NCBI GenBank assembly: GCA_938004065.1
Contig: CALKWM010000039.1
Location: 1,313-65,312 of the forward strand
DNA length: 64,000 bases
Source: an uncultured bacterium
GTDB lineage: Bacteria > Patescibacteriota > JAHJAL01
Direction of reading: 5' to 3'
The translations under genes and the position numbers were made by a program. Positions 39,179 to 48,540 of this stretch are shown piece by piece. Under the pieces are notes generated by a model that saw only the letters and a list, made by a program, of their open reading frames with translations, was not told the DNA's origin and did no database searches. Each line of letters begins with the position of its first letter. Within the stretch, counting starts at the first letter, position 1.

Positions 39179-39417
39179 TACCAGATGACCAAGAAATTAA
39201 TAATAACTAGTCAATTATTAATCTACAATTTAATCAAACAAAACCGGCTAATTTGCGTTGGCTGGTTTTTTTATGCAGTTATAATTTTGTAGTTAAATAA
39301 TTTTTTTCCAAATAAATCAGGATCGATCAACGTAGGTTATAATTAAATTGTCCGACCCAACAATCATTACAAGCTCAATAGTTACTTAACTGACTCGAAA
39401 ATTTTAGAAGAAAACAA

Positions 39418-39920
39418 ATGAAAAAAATTACCGTCAATGACAAAATGCAGTCAAATTATTCCTATCTACTCACCGAGCCGATGGGAAAAAATTTTGACCC
39501 GCGTTTTAAACCGGAGCTGACGCCCAAAGAAATGCTGGCGATGGGAATATTTTGTGGGCGATATATGCCGATTGCGTAAATGAATTTCCCAAAAACTGGT
39601 TCATCAAGGCCAAGTTTGCCAAAGAAAAACGCGACTGCACCCTCAATTTTTTCCGGGTCAACGCCAGTATGCCTTTGTCTTACTGGGAGAAAAAGGGTTG
39701 GATTTATCCGGAAGATCCTCGGGGTTGGTTTCAATGGTATTGCCGATATTTTATGGGTCGCCGAATACCGGTGGAAGATGACCGGCAGATCAAACGCTGG
39801 ATGCAAATGAAAAGACACATCTCCCAGATCAAACGTAATTGTGTAACCGGAGATTGGGACTGTCGCACCAAACAACGGCAGGCGCTCCTGTATTGGGCGT
39901 ACGACTCGAGGAGGTATTAG
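39418..39920 (+). pseudogene. Conserved hypothetical protein, frameshifted near 39568
   Basis: MKKITVNDKMQ...TPKEMLAMGIFCGRYM continues in the other frame as DCVNEFP...DPRGWFQWYCRY. Confidence 0.7.
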
Positions 39921-40005
39921 AATAGATATTTTTTAAGAGATATTTGCAACCGGATAAATGATAAAATTTAGATAGAATCAATTTTTTAAATATTATAAAA
40001 ATATT

Positions 40006-40788
40006 ATGAACAAAATGTATTCAAGAGTGGCCGCCATCATTGCCTTTATCGTCATGGTCGTGCTTAACTATCTGGCGGTCTCACTCCCGCTGGGTGGTCG
40101 CGACACCGGCGCTATTTCCGATGCTTATCCCAATCTGTTCGCCCCGGCGGGATACGCTTTCTCGATCTGGGGACTGATCTATACCCTGCTGGCGATCTAT
40201 GTTGTCTATCAGCTAGTGCGGGGAAACAAACTGACCGATCAAATCAATCGGATATTTATCATCAACGCCTTATTCAATGCCGGCTGGCTCATCGCCTGGC
40301 ACTACGATGTGATCTGGCTGTCGGTTATCATCATGCTCGGTCTGCTCATCACTCTGATCAAAATCGCTGATTTATTGAAAGTGCAAAAACTGACCAAAGC
40401 CGAACACTGGCTGGTCCGCTTGCCTTTTAGTATTTATTTCGGCTGGATCACGGTGGCGACGATTGCCAATGTGACGATACTCTTGGTCAGTCTGGGTTGG
40501 AATGGTTTTGGCCTGTCGGAAGTTTTCTGGACGGTGGCGATATTGCTGGTCGGCACGCTGATCGGCACCTGGCGGACCATCCTTGACCGTAACATCCCCT
40601 ACGCACTGGTGCTGATCTGGGCCTACGGCGCGATCCTGGCCAAGCATCTCTCCGGCGGCGAATTCGCCGGCCAATATCCGGCGGTGATTTACGTGGTTGT
40701 GTTTTGTCTGGTGGTTTTTGGAGGGAGTATGATCTATGTGACAGGGAAAAATTTGAGGGTGGGAAGTAGGGGGAGAGATTTAATTTAA
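40006..40788 (+). CDS. TspO/MBR-like tryptophan-rich membrane protein
   Basis: FAPAGYAFSIWGLIY, FSIYFGWITVATIAN and LVLIWAY. Confidence 0.75.
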   Translation: MNKMYSRVAAIIAFIVMVVLNYLAVSLPLGGRDTGAISDAYPNLFAPAGYAFSIWGLIYTLLAIYVVYQLVRGNKLTDQINRIFIINALFNAGWLIAWHYDVIWLSVIIMLGLLITLIKIADLLKVQKLTKAEHWLVRLPFSIYFGWITVATIANVTILLVSLGWNGFGLSEVFWTVAILLVGTLIGTWRTILDRNIPYALVLIWAYGAILAKHLSGGEFAGQYPAVIYVVVFCLVVFGGSMIYVTGKNLRVGSRGRDLI

Positions 40789-40795
40789 TCAAAAT

Positions 40796-41143
40796 ATGAA
40801 AAATATCGATGATCTGACCCAAAAAATTATCACCTTCCGCGATGCGCGGGATTGGAAGCAATTTCACAACCCCAAAGACTGTGCCATCTCGCTTTCTTTG
40901 GAAGCCAGTGAAGTGCTGGAGCATTTTCAATGGAAAAGCGAGAAAGAAATTGAAGATTATTTGAAAGTTCATAAAGACGATCTGGCGGAAGAACTGGCCG
41001 ATGTTTTCAATTATTTGCTGTTGATGTGCCATGATCTGGAGATTGATATTATGGAGGCATCGGAAAAGAAGCTAATACAAAACAATTTGAAATATCCGGT
41101 AGAGAAAGCGAGAGGGAGGCATACGAAGTATAGTGAGTTGTAA
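40796..41143 (+). CDS. MazG-like nucleotide pyrophosphohydrolase (copy 2)
   Basis: Same length and highly similar to 37768..38115. Confidence 0.88.
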   Translation: MKNIDDLTQKIITFRDARDWKQFHNPKDCAISLSLEASEVLEHFQWKSEKEIEDYLKVHKDDLAEELADVFNYLLLMCHDLEIDIMEASEKKLIQNNLKYPVEKARGRHTKYSEL

Positions 41144-41186
41144 AATTAATACATTAGTTTAATACCTTTACAGAAATTAATAATAA

Positions 41187-41705
41187 ATGATCAAAAAAGT
41201 TAAAATACAGAAAAGTGAGAAGATAAATATTTATATCGATGGCGCCAATCTTGATAAAGGCATCAAGGATTTGGGTTGGAATTTGGATTATAAAAGATTT
41301 TATCGCTGGTTGAAAGATAAATATAAATTTAAAAATATCTATTTGTTTATCGGGCTGGTGCCCAGATTTAAGGATTTATATAAATATTTGCAAGAGATTG
41401 GTTATGTCTTGGTGTTCAAAGAAACAACCAGTGACGGTGATGGTAACGTGAAAGGCAATTGTGATGCAGATTTGGTATTAGCAGTGAGCAGAGATTTTTA
41501 TGAAGACAAATTTGATAAATCAATAATTGTTTCAAGTGATGGTGATTATGCTAGTATGATTAAATTTTTGAAAGACAAGAAGGCTATAAAAATATTATTA
41601 TCACCGAACAATAAATGCTCGATTTTACTCAAGCGTACCGGAGTGCCGATTTCCTATCTCAATTATCAAAAAAGAAAAATTCAGCAAAATAGAAAAAACC
41701 CCTAA
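41187..41705 (+). CDS. NYN-domain (LabA/PIN-like) ribonuclease
   Basis: IYIDGANL, KGNCDADLV and VSSDGDY. Confidence 0.88.
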   Translation: MIKKVKIQKSEKINIYIDGANLDKGIKDLGWNLDYKRFYRWLKDKYKFKNIYLFIGLVPRFKDLYKYLQEIGYVLVFKETTSDGDGNVKGNCDADLVLAVSRDFYEDKFDKSIIVSSDGDYASMIKFLKDKKAIKILLSPNNKCSILLKRTGVPISYLNYQKRKIQQNRKNP

Positions 41706-41744
41706 TAGAGACGGAACTCTAGCAGGGTTTTTTTCGTAGTGATT
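41692..41744 (-). ncRNA. Candidate antisense hairpin sRNA overlapping the 3' end of NYN gene 2
   Basis: Promoter TTGACC-17-TATAAT (41779-41751); GAAAAAACCC/GGGTTTTTTC and TAGAG/CTCTA stems. Confidence 0.55.
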
Positions 41745-41860
41745 GGTTTTATTATATGAAAATTGGGATGGTTGGTCAAGAAAGGTAAATATATTTAAGA
41801 AATTTAAATTTATTCCAAGAATTGTTCAATAAATATTTGAGCGAATACAAAGGTTAAATT

Positions 41861-41960
41861 ATGTCCAAAAAAGAAGTACAAACTAGAATTAAGGTAAATA
41901 AACTACTCGAAGAAACCGGGTGGCGGTTTTTTGATAGCGAAACATGGCCGACCAATATCC
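41861..41960 (+). pseudogene. N-terminal remnant of a type I restriction enzyme R subunit (EcoEI-like)
   Basis: MSKKEVQTRIKVNKLLEETGWRFFD resembles HsdR N-termini; cut off at CCAATATCC. Confidence 0.55.
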
Positions 41961-42051
41961 GGCGGTTATTTATGCAGTTGTGTTTTGTCTGCTCGTTTTT
42001 GGGGGGAGTATAATTTATGTGATAGGGAAAAATGCGAGGGTGGGGAGGTAG
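41952..42051 (+). repeat. Diverged direct repeat of the tspO 3' end (40671-40769)
   Basis: CCAATATCCGGCGGT..GTTGTGTTTTGTCTG..AGGGAAAAAT..GAGGGTGGG present at both sites. Confidence 0.85.
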
Positions 42052-42156
42052 ATTCCAAGAAAGACTTATCAAAATTAAATTGAGTCAAAACCCTCTTACG
42101 TCCACCTTTGGAGGGAAGCGACACTAACGATATTATTTAAATTAACTATATCCTGT

Positions 42157-43137
42157 ATGGCGCGAATTATTATAAAAAACAACTAGTACTCTTTATATGA
42201 TTTTGATAACGAAGCGGAATTTGAAAAAGCGGTTATTGAAAATCAGAAGTATATTTTCGGAAAAGATTCAATTTATATTGACGTAAAAAAAAGAATAGGA
42301 CGGGATAATCATCGCGGGATTCCTGATGCATTTTTAATTGATTTCTATGATACCAATAAACCGCAACTATATATAATTGAAAATGAGATTGCATCTCATG
42401 ACGTGTATTCAAATATTACTGAGCAAATCGCGCGTTTTGGCACTAGTATTGTTTCTTCTGCAAACGAAATACGCAATATATTAATCAAGGCAGTTGAAAG
42501 CGAACCAAAAACAATAAAAGAAATTGAGCGGTATTTACTGCAAACGGTATTTAAGAATATCACAGAACTAATGATTTTTCTCACCGAAGAAAATGATATT
42601 AAAATCGTAGTTGCAATCAATGAAATTACAACCGATCTGAATCTTGCTTTTAAGATTTTTAAGAATCCGCCGGACTTAGTTTTATTGCAACGCTATATAT
42701 ACGGAAATGATGTTTCATACTATTACGAACCGATGCGTGAAGAAATTGAAGATATTGAAACAGAGAAAAGCAAAACTGGCGAAGCCGTAGATTTCAATAC
42801 AGTTGTTTGTGCTGCATTAGAAGACGGTTTCAAACACGCATATAAGGAAAATAATGCTTGGTGGGCTATTCGGCTTTCACAAGAAGCGAGAGAAAAATTG
42901 AAGTATTTAGCGATTTATGAAAAAGCGCCGGTTGCGCATATTAGTCATTATGCAGAAATTGATAGGATTGAACCATACAAAGATACTGGTAAATACATTC
43001 TGTTTTTAAAAAATAAAAAAACAGTAAAACCGATCAAGCTTGGCACAGGAAAAAAAGGTGAAGCACCACAAGCGCCAAGATATACTACGCTTGAAAAACT
43101 ATTAAACGCTGATTCAATAAGTGAATTATGGAGTTGA
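42157..43137 (+). pseudogene. PD-(D/E)xK-type nuclease with a C-terminal domain; in-frame TAG at codon 10 (42184-42186)
   Basis: MARIIIKNN*YSLYDFDNEAEFE...GIPDAFLID...IIENE is in frame with ORF 42403..43137. Confidence 0.65.
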
Positions 43138-43289
43138 TAATTAATAATATAAAGAATCATAAGAATACTATTATCAAATAATTTGGATGTTCTTGCTATT
43201 CCGAAAAATTTTTGTAAGATTAGGTATAACGAAGTATCCACTTGTTTCTATCGGTATTTTATAATGTTCTTTTTTAATAAGATATTAAT

Positions 43290-44888
43290 ATGTCTAAATT
43301 TAAAGATATTCCTCTAATCGATAGGCCAAGAGAAAGATTTTTAGTAAAAGGCCCAGATGTGCTTTCAAAAAGCGATCTTTTAGCGATTTTACTTGGTAGT
43401 GGAATCAAGGGGAAAAATGTAAAACAACTTTCCGAACAAATCATCAGGAAATTTAGCAACAAATTTTTAGATATTACTGTTGATGATCTTTTAGAAATTC
43501 CTGGAATTGGAAAAGCGAAGGCATTGCAGATTGTTTCTGCTCTCGCTTTGGTTAAAAGATTTTACAATGAACTTGGACCAAAAGATAATGTTGTTTTGTC
43601 CGTGCAAGACGCCGTTTCACTAACTTCTGAAATTAGAAACAAGAAAAAGGAATATTTAGTTTGTCTTTATCTGAATGCCCGAAATGTTTTGCTAAAAAAA
43701 GAAATTATCTCAATCGGAACGCTTGATAAAAGTTTAATTCATCCGCGAGAAATATTTGGCCCCGCCGTAGAATTAAGAGCGGCAGGAGTTGTTCTTTTGC
43801 ATAATCACCCGTCTGGCGATGTTGAGCCAAGCAAGCAGGATATTGAAGTAATCAATAAAATTCTTGAGGCCGGCAAAATTATGGGGGTGAATGTTATTGA
43901 TTTTATTATTGTTAGTGAAAATGACTTACACAGCATTTTTCAGTCATCACAGAAAGAAATCACGCATTATGTATCTGACGGGGGGCAGAATTCACTTTTT
44001 GATCTGCTTGAAACCGAACAGCAAACCTATACTCCGACAATAAAAAAAATACATAAAGTGTATTTTTACCCTGAAAGCAGAGCAAAGGCGGGTCGCTTTC
44101 AACTACAAAATAGACGCTATTTAGGAAATAAATACAAATTACTTGGATTTATTGAAGATATTATAAACGAAAAATGCAACGGCTTTAGTGTTTTTTGCGA
44201 TATTTTTGCGGGAACAGGAGTTGTCGCGGAACGATTTAACGAGAAAAATATCAAAGTGATTGCTAACGATTTTTTATCGAGCAATTTTATACCACTTAAA
44301 GCATTTTTAGGAACATCAAAAATAGACTTTGAGGAGATAGAGCACAAAATAAATTTACTCAATGAACTAAAAGCAACAGATGACAATTATTTTTCTGAAA
44401 ACTTTGGCGATACATATTTTACTTTAGAAAACGCAAGAAAAATTGGCGCAATTAGAGAAAAGATAAATAAGTTAAGCAATAATGAGGACGAAGAAGCGGT
44501 TTTAATTGCCTCATTGCTTTATGCGGTGGATAAAGTGGCAAATACCGTAGGGCATTATGACGCTTTCCGTAAAAAATTAGACACGGTGCAACCTTTGCGG
44601 CTTTTAGTGCCTGATTTTGAGGCGGAAAACAATATAAATAACGAAATATACAAGGAAGATGCCAATCAACTAATCAGAAAAATAAGTTGCGATGTTTTAT
44701 ACATTGATCCACCCTACAATTCACGCCAGTATTCAGATGCTTATCACCTTTTAGAAAATCTTGCTGCTTGGAAAAAACCGATCGTGCATGGCAAGGCGAA
44801 AAAAATGGATCGTTCGCATATCAAAAGCGATTACTGCTTGCAATCTGCGGCCAAAGCCTTTGCTGATTTAAATTATAACTATAATTGA
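43290..44888 (+). CDS. RadC/JAB domain fused to a D12-class N6-adenine DNA methyltransferase; the C-terminus appears truncated
   Basis: RPRER, HPREIF, HNHPSG..PS..D, then RRYLGNKYKL, DIFAGTG and YIDPPYN. Confidence 0.85.
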   Translation: MSKFKDIPLIDRPRERFLVKGPDVLSKSDLLAILLGSGIKGKNVKQLSEQIIRKFSNKFLDITVDDLLEIPGIGKAKALQIVSALALVKRFYNELGPKDNVVLSVQDAVSLTSEIRNKKKEYLVCLYLNARNVLLKKEIISIGTLDKSLIHPREIFGPAVELRAAGVVLLHNHPSGDVEPSKQDIEVINKILEAGKIMGVNVIDFIIVSENDLHSIFQSSQKEITHYVSDGGQNSLFDLLETEQQTYTPTIKKIHKVYFYPESRAKAGRFQLQNRRYLGNKYKLLGFIEDIINEKCNGFSVFCDIFAGTGVVAERFNEKNIKVIANDFLSSNFIPLKAFLGTSKIDFEEIEHKINLLNELKATDDNYFSENFGDTYFTLENARKIGAIREKINKLSNNEDEEAVLIASLLYAVDKVANTVGHYDAFRKKLDTVQPLRLLVPDFEAENNINNEIYKEDANQLIRKISCDVLYIDPPYNSRQYSDAYHLLENLAAWKKPIVHGKAKKMDRSHIKSDYCLQSAAKAFADLNYNYN

Positions 44889-44890
44889 CT

Positions 44891-45751
44891 ATGAAAAAAT
44901 CAAATTCAATTATCTTATTTAAACAAAAACAAGTTAGGCGTATTTGGGACGAAGAAAAAGAACTTTGGTATTTTTCGATCGTAGATGTGGTTGAAATATT
45001 GACGGATAGTCCAAGACCTAGAAAATACTGGAACGCCTTAAAAACCAAGCTAAAAGAGGAAGGAAGCGAGTTGTCCCAAAAAGTGGGACAACTGAAATTA
45101 GAGGCGGCTGATGGGAAAAAATACCTCACAGATGTAGCTGACACAGAAACTCTTTTGAGATTAATTCAATCGATACCATCGCCTAAAGCTGAACCCTTTA
45201 AACTTTGGCTGGCAAAAGTTGGCTATCAAAGGATTGAAGAAACCGAAGATCCTGAACTTGCCATTGATAGAGCGATGAAAACTTACTTGCAAAAAGGATA
45301 TTCGAAAGAGTGGATAAATCAACGGTTAAAAAGCATTGAGGTTAGAAAAGAGCTTACTGACGAATGGCAAATTAGAGGCATGAAAGAGGGATTGGAATAC
45401 GCAATATTGACGGATGAAATCACAAAAGCTTGGGCTGATAAAAATGTTAGAGATTACAAAAAATTTAAAGGATTGAAAAAAGAAAATTTGCGAGACAATA
45501 TGACAAATTTGGAATTGGTGCTCAATATGTTGGCTGAGGTTTCTACCGCAGAAATATCCAAAAAGCAAAAACCAAAAGGATTGGAAGAAAACAAGGGAGT
45601 AGCTCGCAAAGGTGGGTTTGCCGCTAAAAAGGCAAGACTTGAAATTGAAAAACAAACAGGTGAAAGGGTTGTTAGCTCAAAAAATGCAAAACATTTACAA
45701 GTAAAGGCAAAAAAATTTAAATCTTTGCCTAAAGAAAATAATCAAGAATAA
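44891..45751 (+). CDS. BRO-N / phage antirepressor-like protein
   Basis: VRRIWD..WYFSIVDV, PRKYW, QSIPSPKAEPFKLW and LRDNMT. Confidence 0.8.
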   Translation: MKKSNSIILFKQKQVRRIWDEEKELWYFSIVDVVEILTDSPRPRKYWNALKTKLKEEGSELSQKVGQLKLEAADGKKYLTDVADTETLLRLIQSIPSPKAEPFKLWLAKVGYQRIEETEDPELAIDRAMKTYLQKGYSKEWINQRLKSIEVRKELTDEWQIRGMKEGLEYAILTDEITKAWADKNVRDYKKFKGLKKENLRDNMTNLELVLNMLAEVSTAEISKKQKPKGLEENKGVARKGGFAAKKARLEIEKQTGERVVSSKNAKHLQVKAKKFKSLPKENNQE

Positions 45752-45753
45752 TC

Positions 45754-46671
45754 ATGTCAATACAAATTCTATCAAATTTGAACTATCCAATTGGCAATAT
45801 AATTAGCCAAGAATTACAGAACGCAAATTCGGCAAAAATCGCTGTCGCTTTTTTGAAGTATTCGGGCGTAAAGGTTATCGAGAAGCCATTGGATAATTGC
45901 TTGAGAAATAATGGCAATATTGAAATTATTGCAGGACTTGATTTTAAAACAACTGACCCGCAATCAATGCATTATTTAATACAACTGCAAAAACAAACGC
46001 CAAATTTGAAATTTTATTGTTATGGCGACAAGGATGAGAACAAGACCGATGTTGTTTTTCACCCCAAAATTTATTTGTTTGAAAAAGCACGAGAGACTAC
46101 TGGCATTGTTGGAAGCACGAATTTGACACGAGGTGGTTTGCTTTCTAATTTTGAAGTAAATGTTGTAATTAAAGAGACAAAACCACTTTATTTTTCGCAG
46201 CTTCAAGCAATTTATAATTTCGTAAAATTTACGGATTCTGTTTTCTCTCCAGACGAAGAATATTTAGCGGGATACTCCGATGTTTATAAAGCATTTTTGC
46301 AAAACGAACAGAAAGCAACAAAAGACAAAGGCATTCAAAATGTTGTTCGTCAAATAAATAAGCGAGCTGAATCTTTGCCCGGAACAGTGCCATCAGTCAA
46401 AAGCTTGATTATTGATGTTATTAAAAAAGGAAAAGAACAAGGCGTGGAATTTGTGTCATTACAGACAATTTATGAAGAAGTTGAAAAAATTGTCGAAGAG
46501 AAAAAACTAAATTACAAAATGGATACTTTTAGAAACTCCATCAGAGGGGAACTAAACAAACACGAAACACATAGCAAGCACCCTGATAATATGGATTTAT
46601 TTATCCGATCATTAGAACGAAAGGGATTTTATTCATTAACCGATAAAGGTAAAAATTATGAAGGGCGATAA
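45754..46671 (+). CDS. PLD-family (HKD) nuclease, NgoFVII-like restriction endonuclease
   Basis: IAVAFL, FHPKIYLF and IVGSTNLT..G..NFE. Confidence 0.8.
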   Translation: MSIQILSNLNYPIGNIISQELQNANSAKIAVAFLKYSGVKVIEKPLDNCLRNNGNIEIIAGLDFKTTDPQSMHYLIQLQKQTPNLKFYCYGDKDENKTDVVFHPKIYLFEKARETTGIVGSTNLTRGGLLSNFEVNVVIKETKPLYFSQLQAIYNFVKFTDSVFSPDEEYLAGYSDVYKAFLQNEQKATKDKGIQNVVRQINKRAESLPGTVPSVKSLIIDVIKKGKEQGVEFVSLQTIYEEVEKIVEEKKLNYKMDTFRNSIRGELNKHETHSKHPDNMDLFIRSLERKGFYSLTDKGKNYEGR

Positions 46672-46810
46672 AAATATTCAACAACGAATTGCCTGTCTGG
46701 AGGCAAAAATTGAACACAAAATCAATTATTCTTCTGGAAGCGTGGATGACGAAAGCCGAATTGATGATTTATCTTGCGAACTTTTAAAACTTGAAGAGGC
46801 GATTGCATAA
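46658..46810 (+). other. 50-codon ORF overlapping or replacing the 5' end of the downstream methyltransferase
   Basis: ATG 46658 to TAA 46810; the MTase N-terminal GDCIKIL is in another frame behind a TGA. Confidence 0.4.
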
Positions 46811-47541
46811 AAATACTAAACGAAAAAATTGATGAAAGATCAGTTGAATTGATTTTTGCCGATCCGCCCTACAATCTTTCGGGAAACGGTTTGAAATGGG
46901 AAGGCAATAAAACAGGTGGTAATTGGTACATGGTCAATGAGGAATGGGACAAAATGACTGCTCCTGAATATATGCAATTTACCCGCAAATGGATCGGGGG
47001 CTGTCATAAAGTTTTGAAAGATAACGGCTCAATTTATATTTCTTGCACTTATCACAATCTTGCAGAGGTGATGATCGTTCTCAAACAACAGGATTTTAAG
47101 ATTAACAATGTCATTGTTTGGCGAAAGACAAATGCTATGCCGAATATGACAAAAAGAGTTTTTACACACTCCACGGAATTTGTCGTCTGGGCCGTAAAAG
47201 GCAAAAAATGGATTTTCAATTATGCAGAATTAAAAAAGATAAATCCTGAAAAACAAAAGGATGGTTCAGAAAAACAAATGAGAGATGTCTGGTCGCTTCC
47301 TTTGGTCCAAGGAAAAGAAAGGTTAAGAGGAAAAGACGGACGCGCTTTGCATCCAACTCAAAAGCCAGAGGAAATGTTAAAACGAATAATTATCGCTTCC
47401 TCAAACAAAGGCGACACTGTTTTAGATCCTTTTTTAGGTAGCGGAACAACGGCCTTTGTTGCTAAAAAATTAAGACGAAATTGGATCGGCATTGAAAAAA
47501 GCGGAAAATATGTTGATATGGCAAATAAAAGAATGAAATAG
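46795..47541 (+). CDS. Beta-class N4-C/N6-A DNA methyltransferase, 5' end disrupted
   Basis: GDCIKIL, IFADPPYN, HPTQKP, VLDPFLGSGTT and WIGIE. Confidence 0.8.
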   Translation, partial: RGDCIKILNEKIDERSVELIFADPPYNLSGNGLKWEGNKTGGNWYMVNEEWDKMTAPEYMQFTRKWIGGCHKVLKDNGSIYISCTYHNLAEVMIVLKQQDFKINNVIVWRKTNAMPNMTKRVFTHSTEFVVWAVKGKKWIFNYAELKKINPEKQKDGSEKQMRDVWSLPLVQGKERLRGKDGRALHPTQKPEEMLKRIIIASSNKGDTVLDPFLGSGTTAFVAKKLRRNWIGIEKSGKYVDMANKRMK

Positions 47542-47558
47542 TCAGGGCTATTTTTCTA

Positions 47559-47761
47559 CTAGCGGCCATTTATAAGATCATTGAGCGAATCAACATCTTT
47601 TTCCTCGAGTAGTGTGCCAAGATGCATATCACTCCTGACACCTAGTGCTACATCATATCGTTTTTCGATAGTACCAACATGTGTATCTGATCATTTTTGG
47701 CGATGGTGACCGTTCTCATTACGAGTGCGGTATCCCTTCATGCCTGAGCATCATTTTTCAT
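47559..47761 (-). pseudogene. Small conserved protein remnant (..GYRTRNENG..RQK*SDTHVGTIEKRYDVALGVRSDMHL..)
   Basis: SD GGAGG; internal TGA and a probable frameshift near the start. Confidence 0.5.
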
Positions 47762-47951
47762 GATAACCTCCAGCATTACAGCGAGTGGACTAATCTTCGG
47801 GACAGTTAATCTGCCAGTAGTTATCAGATGTGTCAACGAATAAAGTCTTAATCGCCCTGTTCAATTATTATATTTCCACAACACTATTGTTAATTTTTGA
47901 TATAATTTTTATATAATATTATTACAAGATAGCGAAAGATTGGAGGTAAAA

Positions 47952-48134
47952 ATGTATAAATCTAAATCAGGAATGATTTTTGCTAATTGTGAAGAATGTG
48001 GCGAAGAGCTCAATGAAATGGAACAAGAATTTTGCGACAAGAAATATCTGGAAATTGGTATGTTAAAAGCTATATGCAGTGAATGTTTATCAAAAAACTA
48101 CGAAGGTAAATTTCCATATTTACCGAAAAAGTAA
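47952..48134 (+). CDS. Small Cys-rich (zinc-finger-like) protein
   Basis: SD GGAGG; CEEC...C...CSEC. Confidence 0.55.
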   Translation: MYKSKSGMIFANCEECGEELNEMEQEFCDKKYLEIGMLKAICSECLSKNYEGKFPYLPKK

Positions 48135-48177
48135 TTTATAATTAAAATTTAACCACTATCTTGTAATTTTAATATAT

Positions 48178-48536
48178 ATGAATAACTTACCCCCGCCGAA
48201 AAAAGAGTGATCATCGACAAGGGTACGGAAGCGCCTTTTTCCGGCGAATATGTAAATACCAAAGACGAAGGGGTATATGTCTGCCGGCAGTGCGAAGCGC
48301 CACTTTATCGTTCCCAGGACAAATTTGATTCCGGTTGCGGCTGGCCGAGTTTTGATGACGAGATCGCCGCCGGGGCGGTGAAAAGAGTGCCGGACCCTGA
48401 CGGACAGCGCACGGAAATAGTTTGCGCGCGGTGCGGTGGTCATCTGGGCCATGTTTTCACCGGCGAAAAGTTGACGGCCAAAGATGTGCGGCATTGCGTC
48501 AATTCGATCTCGATGATATTTATTCCCAAAAAATAA
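48178..48536 (+). CDS. msrB: Methionine-R-sulfoxide reductase MsrB (1-bp lesion near the start, or start at GTG 48207)
   Basis: [25 protein letters not shown] and RHCVNS. Confidence 0.88.
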
Positions 48537-48540
48537 TAGC

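Noticed and set aside
42118..42143. dif/XerCD-like site (GCGACACTAACGATATTATTTAAAT)
   Set aside because: The XerD arm and spacer do not fit the 11-6-11 consensus, and no partner site was found.
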